64,000 bases of DNA from Amoebophrya sp. A120. Lineage: Eukaryota; Protista; Dinoflagellata. The position numbers were made by a program, and so were the translations under genes. Numbering within the stretch: the stretch's first letter is position 1; each line of letters opens with the position of its first letter. The notes under the pieces were generated by a model. The model saw only the letters and a program-made list of their open reading frames with translations, was not told the origin of the DNA and searched no databases. Positions 56,955-64,000 of this stretch are shown one piece after another. The stretch is from NCBI GenBank assembly GCA_905178155.1, contig CAJINV010000002.1, positions 6,912,743-6,976,742 on the forward strand, read 5' to 3'.

Positions 56955-59590
56955 TGGTCGGGAGTGGTTTGGTGGTAGTGTTTGAAGTGACAACTGACGA
57001 AGTCCATTATAGCGGCATGATTTCGCGCAGCTACGTCTGACACGCTTGCGGAGGATGTTGCAAGCAAGTGAACGCAAGCGCTAACATTTCTATACTTCTT
57101 TATGATTCTACTCTTGAAAGTGATGCTGATGACGATCGCCCAAGGACCTTGCGGATGATGGATGCTCCTTTTGATGGATGTCAGACTGTATTAGTCGGTC
57201 CGATCGAAAGTGCAACAAGTGGAGCGCTAACACTTAGATTTCGCAAGCCATACCCACGATAGTTGAATTGCTGCTGATACTGCTGCCGGACCAGGACATG
57301 GGCAACAAGGCTCGCGCAGCTCCGGGGCCTTTCTGTTGTTTCTGGCTGTGATGTTGATGCCGCGACGACCTTTTGTTCATCCGTCATCATGTAGCCTGTT
57401 CGCTGATGACATGAGGCCAAATTTTTCGTGAAGTCGGAAAAGAATCGCGTGAGTTCTACGCACTTTAAATTCTGGCGATTCTTCAAAATGCAACGCAGCG
57501 GGTGGCGCTCGGGTCTAGGTTTCCGGTCGCCCTTTGTGCGCAGTGCTCAGGCCAGGGCTTTGGGCTCGTGCGCAAGTGCGTAGAGCTACGCCGACGAGAG
57601 CCAGCGGCCTGCCACCTCGGACCCAACAAAGGGCGGCGGCTGGGCGTTTGCGCAGGCTGGCGCGTTCCTTCTGTGCCGCGCCCCCTTCACGCATCTGGTG
57701 GAAGCGGCGGGAGCGCGGCCCGCCCCGTGGCCGCGCATGCGTGGCGCGCTGCGCGCTTTGCCTGGCACGCAGACAAGTGAAGGCATTCGCGCGGCCCCGT
57801 GGCCCTCTCGGATTGCTCGGCGACCTCCCGGGCGCGGGGCGTTGGTTGCGGCCAAAGTGCCCAGGGCCACCCAGTCACGGCTGGTCGGGCGGCCTCACGC
57901 GCCGAGCCGCCCGCAGCGCCAAGCCTGCAAGTCTGGGAAGAAGTCCGGCAAGAAGTAGATGCCTGGCGCCGGCAATCAATGAATCACTCATGGCAAACGC
58001 TTGCCGGGAGATGATTGAAAGAAAGCACAAAAGGCGCCGCGTGGGATCATGATGACGAAGAACCTCGGCCCCGGATGGCCGCGCGCCGCATGCGGAGGGA
58101 CAGAAAGATCCGGGCGGGGCTGTGCAGCAAAAGGGACAGGGCCCAGCCGCTGCAGCCTTGCAGGCCGGCGCGCCAGGCGATGTCGTTTCTGTATGCGGCC
58201 GGGCCAGCGCCTCTATTTTCGTTTTTGTGTCGCATCTGGTGGGCCAGTGGGCGGCAGTCCCGTTCTTGCAGTAAGTCGCACAGGCGCAGGCGTCACCACA
58301 GGCGGCGGAGCTATTTGGGGGCGGGCATCTAGACGACCGCAGTTTTTCCGTTGCACACCCACCACCGCGCCCCCGGTCGTCGGCCGGGGGGGGGGGCCCG
58401 CCGTTTCGTTCCGTTTCCCCCGCCCAATGGGGGCGCGCCCGCTTGTTCAGGCCGGCCCGCGCCTCTGCTATTTGGCGCCCGCCCCTTCCCCTTGGCGCCG
58501 GCCCTCGGGCGGGAGGCAGGAGCCGCGCGCCCGTGGCGCCTGGTGCCATTGGTTGGATGGGGCCGGACTCCCCCGCCGCGCCCGGCCCTTGGCCCCCCCA
58601 CCCTGCCTTCAACGAGCCGGCCCGCCGTTGTGTCTTTGTTTGGTCCCATCAGCTTCTGCGTCGCATGCACGCAAGCGAGGGGCGCCGGGGCCTCAGGCGT
58701 CTGAAACAAACATCTCAGGGCTCTGGTTTGGTTGGCTGCCTTCCGGTTGAGGCAGCGTCGGTAGCGCCTGCAAATAATGGCAGGCCGCCAGCAACAGCCT
58801 TTCTGAGAATTCTCCCGCCGCTCTGGCCGTGTCTCGCGACAGGGAGAGGGGGGGCGGTCGCCGTGTGGCTGCTTCACAATCCGGGCGGTTTTCTGTGGTT
58901 TCTTTCCCTTGTCGCTTGTGCGTGTTGTGTTTATGCTATCGCGACTTATAATGCTCCAAAGCATGTGAATGTTGGCCGTTGTTGTTAATTATGTTCATTT
59001 TTACCCCCGTCATAGCTTGACCTCGATCAGCAACTAAGATACAAAAAGCACGTCAGACGAAGATGTTGGCCCTGTGTTTAGAAAGAACGCAAAGAGTAGC
59101 TGCAGTAAAGGCACTGATGTTGATCAACGATCGAAGGAGTTCACAAACGGCATCAGAGTGAACTGGGCTGGTCAGTGAACCTGTAAATTCACGGGTCTCC
59201 GTCTCGATCATGTGAAATACAAGTATGATGATCCTGTTCTAATGGAGCATTCTTGTTGCACTATGTGTTTCTATGGTTTGAACATTTCTACTTGAAGTTG
59301 AATGGTCCCGGTTCGGAAAAAAAGTTTTCCATATGCAAGAATCTACAAAGTGCAAATCAGAGTCAAATTAGCTCGCTTCCTAGGGTGGTTGCCTTGCAGT
59401 GGCAATATTATTGCTTTTCTGACAACTACATCCAGCTTCATGTTGGCGATGTCGTCGCTATGACTAGTTTTTGCCTTGTGCTGTAGATGCCCGGCTATAT
59501 CATAAAGATTTCTCACGAGGAGGTTCCTTTACGTTGTTTTCTTTACACTTCACGAACATCACGCAGAATCGACGCCTACTGGATAGAATC

Positions 59591-61624
59591 ATGAAAACTC
59601 AAAATATGGATTCCAACCTGGACCAGGACGCGCTGCCTGTTAGCCGCGATGTTGGCTCATCAACGAAGCAGAACCGAGGCGACGTTGTTTCTGATCCTTC
59701 AAATATAGAAGACAATAAGGAAACGGCAACTGCGGCAATCCCGCCGACTTCCGCCTGCAAAAAGAAACCGCACGACGCGACCAATTTTGAGGAGCTGCTG
59801 AACCAACTCCCAATTGGAAAACTGTACCCGGAACTTGTGCAAGAATGCCTTCCGATCTTGAGAAATTGGGAAGCGCACATGCCGAACTTCCACTCGAAGA
59901 TGATGAAGAAAACACAGTCGCCGATGCCCCGAATTTTGAAGGAACTGAACGAGGCCGCGCCGGTGATCATGAAAGTCAGGGACTTTGTCGAGAAGGCAAA
60001 TTTTCCAAAAGATGGAGACTCTAGCACTTCCTCGGCCATCACTACTTCTTCTCCAGATGCAGCTACAGCTGCACACGAAGGAGCGTGTCAGGATGAGCAG
60101 TTCACCATCGTGGATTTGGGCTGCGGGTTGGGGATTCTCTCCATGTTTCTGTCCGAGCTTCTACCGAAAACGAAGATCAAGGAATGCTTCCTGGTCGACA
60201 AGATGTGGCCGCAGGCAAAGATTCCGCGAACGAACACGGATGGCATGCACATGACGAAGGAACATTTGGAGTACTGGAACAACAGTGCGGGAAACAGTAC
60301 CACTCCGTGCAAGCTGAATGCCAATCCATCATCTCCAGACGCGACGGTAGAAACCAGGATACCATTGAAGACGTTGAAGCTGGACATCAAGAAGGGGCGG
60401 GATTTGGCGGATTTGGTCCACTTCATCTTCGAAAACGGAAGTAAGGAAACTAGGGGAAGCGGAAACAGGATTGGAGGAACACCAGCTACGGCCTCGGCGA
60501 CAACTTCTGATAGCGGAGGTGCCGTGCTAGTTGATCCGCAGGGTCAACCCCTACAGAACCAGAAAAAGAACCGCATCATTCTCCTCGGTATTCACCTGTG
60601 CGGCTCTCTGTCCCTCCGTTTCGTGGAGCTGATCAACAAAAATCCGGACACGGTGGAATTCGCAGCCTTGAAGCCCTGTTGCCTCCCCGGGAAGATGCAC
60701 TTGCACCACGAAATGCTGTACCGGGTTGGGGGGCACGAGTTTACGGCGCAGGAGGTGTACTATCCGGGCGTGAACAGGAATCAAGACGAGGTGGAAAAGT
60801 TGACGTGCTTGGAAGTGCAAGAAGTCGATGAGGAGGAGAAAAAACAACGATCGAAAGTTACTGTTGACGATGCCGAGGACGCAGTTGTCGACGAGAACAG
60901 CGACACAGAGGGGGAAGAGGATGATCATGAGAATGAGACCTATGGCATGACCAACTGGGATGAGGAGAAACCTAAGCCAGTTTCTGACCAAGCGGCAGCT
61001 GATGACGCTGCAGATGCCGCCGCTCAAGAACCGCCTCCAGCAACCGCCAACACTGAATCCTCATCAAAGAAGAAAACGCACTCTGGCCGCGGAAAGCGAC
61101 GGTTCCGGGCGTGGTGCTCCAACGTTTTCCAATGTCTGACGATCGAGGAGGAGAAAACGACGGCGAGTATTGAAACCCACCGCGTTGCGCCGCACTACTT
61201 CCAAGACCAGTTTCTGTTTGTGGAGAGGGAAAGGAAGACTTCTGACGGTCAAGGCGATGGAAACAATGGTGACAAGACGAAGCAGAATAGTACCGACACA
61301 GTGACTGACTCTGCCTTCAACCGCGGACTCACGTACAATGAGGATGATCGCGCTTTTCGAAATCAAATCTTGATCCCACGGTACCAGCGAAAAAAGGAAG
61401 AAAATGCCAGAAAGAAATTGGAGAACGGTACTGGTGGTGGTGAGGGCGGAATAAAAGCTGATGTTGATGCCACAGGAGGTGGAGGTGGAAAGAAGCGAGC
61501 AGTTGAGAAAATTCCCGCGAAACGGAAAGCAAATGCTCTGAAAACGAAGGAAGGCAATATTGCCGCTGAAGAGAAAACGAATATTGCAGCTCCCAGGGTT
61601 GCAATTGCAATTGGAGGACAATGA
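59591..61624 (+). CDS. class I SAM-dependent methyltransferase-like protein (Methyltransf_32/Trm13-like motifs), ~677 aa
   Basis: Motif I TIVDLGCGLG, acidic motif FLVDK, GIHLCGSLS and LKPCC, interspersed with low-complexity inserts. Confidence 0.78.
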   Translation: MKTQNMDSNLDQDALPVSRDVGSSTKQNRGDVVSDPSNIEDNKETATAAIPPTSACKKKPHDATNFEELLNQLPIGKLYPELVQECLPILRNWEAHMPNFHSKMMKKTQSPMPRILKELNEAAPVIMKVRDFVEKANFPKDGDSSTSSAITTSSPDAATAAHEGACQDEQFTIVDLGCGLGILSMFLSELLPKTKIKECFLVDKMWPQAKIPRTNTDGMHMTKEHLEYWNNSAGNSTTPCKLNANPSSPDATVETRIPLKTLKLDIKKGRDLADLVHFIFENGSKETRGSGNRIGGTPATASATTSDSGGAVLVDPQGQPLQNQKKNRIILLGIHLCGSLSLRFVELINKNPDTVEFAALKPCCLPGKMHLHHEMLYRVGGHEFTAQEVYYPGVNRNQDEVEKLTCLEVQEVDEEEKKQRSKVTVDDAEDAVVDENSDTEGEEDDHENETYGMTNWDEEKPKPVSDQAAADDAADAAAQEPPPATANTESSSKKKTHSGRGKRRFRAWCSNVFQCLTIEEEKTTASIETHRVAPHYFQDQFLFVERERKTSDGQGDGNNGDKTKQNSTDTVTDSAFNRGLTYNEDDRAFRNQILIPRYQRKKEENARKKLENGTGGGEGGIKADVDATGGGGGKKRAVEKIPAKRKANALKTKEGNIAAEEKTNIAAPRVAIAIGGQ

Positions 61625-63471
61625 GCACAGCTTCTGTTTCTGTCTCGACTGCGATTCACTTTTTTCTCGATGTGCGTCGATGTTTGTCAAAGATGAATGC
61701 CATTGGTAATAGAAGTGACTCGCGCGCCACTGTGATTTTACTATGTTCTCCGCTTTGTTCATCTGCCGGAGTGCCGTTATGCTCATGGAGCAGTGATCAG
61801 TAAGCGATCCGTCTTTTGAAATTGAAAGTGAAAGCCTGAGCGTATTGAGTGCATTAAAGAATCAATGACGTATATGGTCCTGTGAGTGTGACGACAGTGA
61901 CTGCAGTGTAAGTAGCGTCTCACTCTCTTGTGGAGTAGAGGAAATTTGAAGATAGACGAGTAGTGAAAACGGAGGCGTGGCGAGCATGAGGACGAGCTCG
62001 AGTAATGTTCTTGAGTCTCAGCGTTTATACTTTTTGTTTTTCCATTTTGGACCTTGTGTAGCCGTGCTATTCTAGTCGTGGAGCGGCATATCCATGAGCG
62101 CCGACGTCGCGATGTTGTGGCGCGCTCGTTTCCGTGAACAATCATGGTCGTGACCGGCCCCCCTTCCATGATCGCGGCCGGGCCCCCGCCTGTGTTCCTG
62201 TTCGTGAACAATCAGCATAGGCGGCGTGTGCATGGGAGCGGGGCATCATCTTGCGACCAGGCGTCTCCCCCTGGCAGCCTAGCCAGGTGCAGCCCGGAAA
62301 AAGTCGCAGGCGCCCCGGTGGCCAAACGCGTAGCGGTAGCAGCCTGCCCAGCTATCAGGCATCCCAAGCATACGGACGCGTGGCACATTTTCCACAACGC
62401 GAACGCATGGAGGCGCGGACCACCAGAAGCAAGGGGGCCCAGCGATTGCTGTGACTGTGGGCACGCAACCGGATCTACGGATGGCAGCGGAGAGGCGTCG
62501 GCATACCACAACGAACCAGGCATACCGGCGCGAGCTTGGTGCCCTATCGGAGACCCGGCGCGCGAGGGATGGCGCCCCAGCGGCCTCATCCAGGCAGCTC
62601 TAGCAATGCGAACAATGCCAGAGCCTGGGGGCGGGCGCGCTTGCTTCTTGGGGGCCCCGTGGCCCGCCACGCACAGGGCGACACGCGTGCCGCTCGCGCC
62701 GTTTGCGGCCAATTGCCCGGGCGCGCCTGCCGCTGCCGGGCCTGAGCCGCTCCCCCCCCCGGCAGGTCGGGCCTTTCGGGCGCCCTCCCTGCCGCACAAG
62801 CTTGCCCGCCCTTGTGGCCCGGTTGTTCTTATTTCCGCCCGCCTGCGCAGCGGGCCTGTCAGTCTGGTCTGTGGGTGCGTGTCCGGCCAGCGTCCGCGAC
62901 GGGAGGGGCGAGGGAGGGCACCTCGCCGCCGCGGCGCGTCGCGCGCTCAGTCTGTCAGCGATTTGATTCGGATTCACGCGAGCGCGCCCATTAATGTCGT
63001 GCCCGCATTCTGCGCGCCCCTGAATATCGGGGAGGTGTTGCGCGCGTATCTTCGGTGGTCCATCCCCATGTTGAATGAGCACGCCTTTCGCATACATTGA
63101 CAGTCCTCGTAAGATCCCGCCCATTCGTTTGGTGTGGGAGACCGTTACGCGCGACGATGAAGGACAGTATGTTCAGAACAGATGAGAAAAAAATAGATGG
63201 AAGATGAAGGTGTATCTGTACCACGACCATGCCGGTTCCTGTGCAATCCTTCTATTGCAATGGCAGAGCGAAGTAGCTGGTGTGTGGTGTTGAGTGAACG
63301 AAGAGGGGAGCTCAGGTTGATGAACGAAAGTCTAGATTGATCTATGCCCGGTCTCAATTCATAAGGAAGCTGACGCCAGCTCTTTATCTGCATCTGTCTG
63401 TTTCTCTGTTTGTCGTCCTCTTATCCACCTCGCACGCTTTCTACTGCTAGAAAGCAACTACTCCCACCAAG

Positions 63472-64000
63472 ATGCCTCGTGGTCCCAATAAGAATCCCAA
63501 CCCCGTTCCCTCCTCGTCCTCGTCTTCTGCTAAGCAAACCGACCAGAAAGATTTAGAGCGGCTCATCAAGAATTACCACATCGAGGACAGTGGCTTAACG
63601 GATTTCATCGGCGTGGAGCCGCAGTACCTGGAGCAGGACCAAAACACAGCAAACACCCCTGGAGGAGGAACACGAACTCGTCGGAACAGCAACGCCTTCA
63701 ACGACGACGATTTCGGGAATGAGTCGTCCTTTCTCGAGTTCCAGCGGCGGCTTGCTGCGGCCGGCGGCCACCACGACTTCTTCGAGGAGAACCGTTTCAG
63801 GCGAAGCGCGGAGCCGACGCAGGGGGAGATGGCGACTTTTCTGACGTTCGTCAAAGGATTCGTCGGGATCGGGATTTTGTCGCTACCGTACGCGATGAGC
63901 TGCGGCGGCTACATCGGCGGGCCGGTCGGGCTCACGGGCCTGGCCTACATGGCGTACCGGTGCATGATGAAGTTGTTGGAAGCGACGGCGATCATAAACG
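63472..64000 (+). CDS. amino-acid transporter, AAAP/Aa_trans (SLC36/AVT-like) family, 3'-truncated by the window
   Basis: Open frame from ATG 63472 to the window edge (absent from the ORF track because there is no stop): TFLTFVKGFVGIGILSLPYAMSCGGYIGGPVGL...YRCMMKLL. Confidence 0.88.
   Translation, partial: MPRGPNKNPNPVPSSSSSSAKQTDQKDLERLIKNYHIEDSGLTDFIGVEPQYLEQDQNTANTPGGGTRTRRNSNAFNDDDFGNESSFLEFQRRLAAAGGHHDFFEENRFRRSAEPTQGEMATFLTFVKGFVGIGILSLPYAMSCGGYIGGPVGLTGLAYMAYRCMMKLLEATAIIN

Noticed and set aside
282-61786. Long minus-strand ORFs such as 282-1148, 16157-16954, 18027-18794, 56349-57077 and 61064-61786
   Set aside because: They are antisense shadows of well-supported + strand CDSs.
6325-63124. 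Many 100-330 aa Arg/Pro/Ala/Gly-rich ORFs in the GC-rich islands (e.g. 6325-7089, 11063-11800, 24534-25361, 34494-35375, 39411-40409, 57875-58612, 62144-63100)
   Set aside because: They overlap in all six frames, have no domain motifs and are expected from stop-codon scarcity at very high GC.

Overview
Eukaryotic (protist) genomic DNA. It carries about 13 protein-coding genes, all on the + strand, separated by 1-4 kb spacers, many of which contain a ~1-1.5 kb very GC-rich island. The genes encode a GRAB-domain golgin (partial), an ABCG half-transporter, an S28 serine carboxypeptidase, proteasome beta-3, an APC amino-acid/polyamine permease, a methyltransferase-like protein, an AAAP amino-acid transporter (partial) and several low-complexity hypothetical proteins. 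The main signal is intron architecture. Besides 7 ordinary GT-AG introns, 11 reading frames are interrupted by non-GT-AG insertions of 114-1177 bp. All 11 begin 5'-TAT, end ATA-3', have terminal inverted repeats and are flanked by a 5-bp direct repeat. Removing the element plus one repeat copy restores the frame and conserved motifs every time (e.g. ABCG TIHQ|PS). This resembles the introner-type non-canonical introns reported for the parasitic dinoflagellate Amoebophrya; the organism assignment is my inference. One element family occurs in both orientations relative to its host gene, most elements share a TGTCATGC motif, and the two largest are nested foldbacks. Intergenic DNA also holds a 2.07-kb TIR element with a TAG target duplication and a ~1-kb retroposon-like insert with a 17-bp target duplication and a (GTAT)n tail. 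No rRNA, tRNA or CRISPR array was recognised. Splice models were deduced by hand from frame and motif restoration, not from transcripts.
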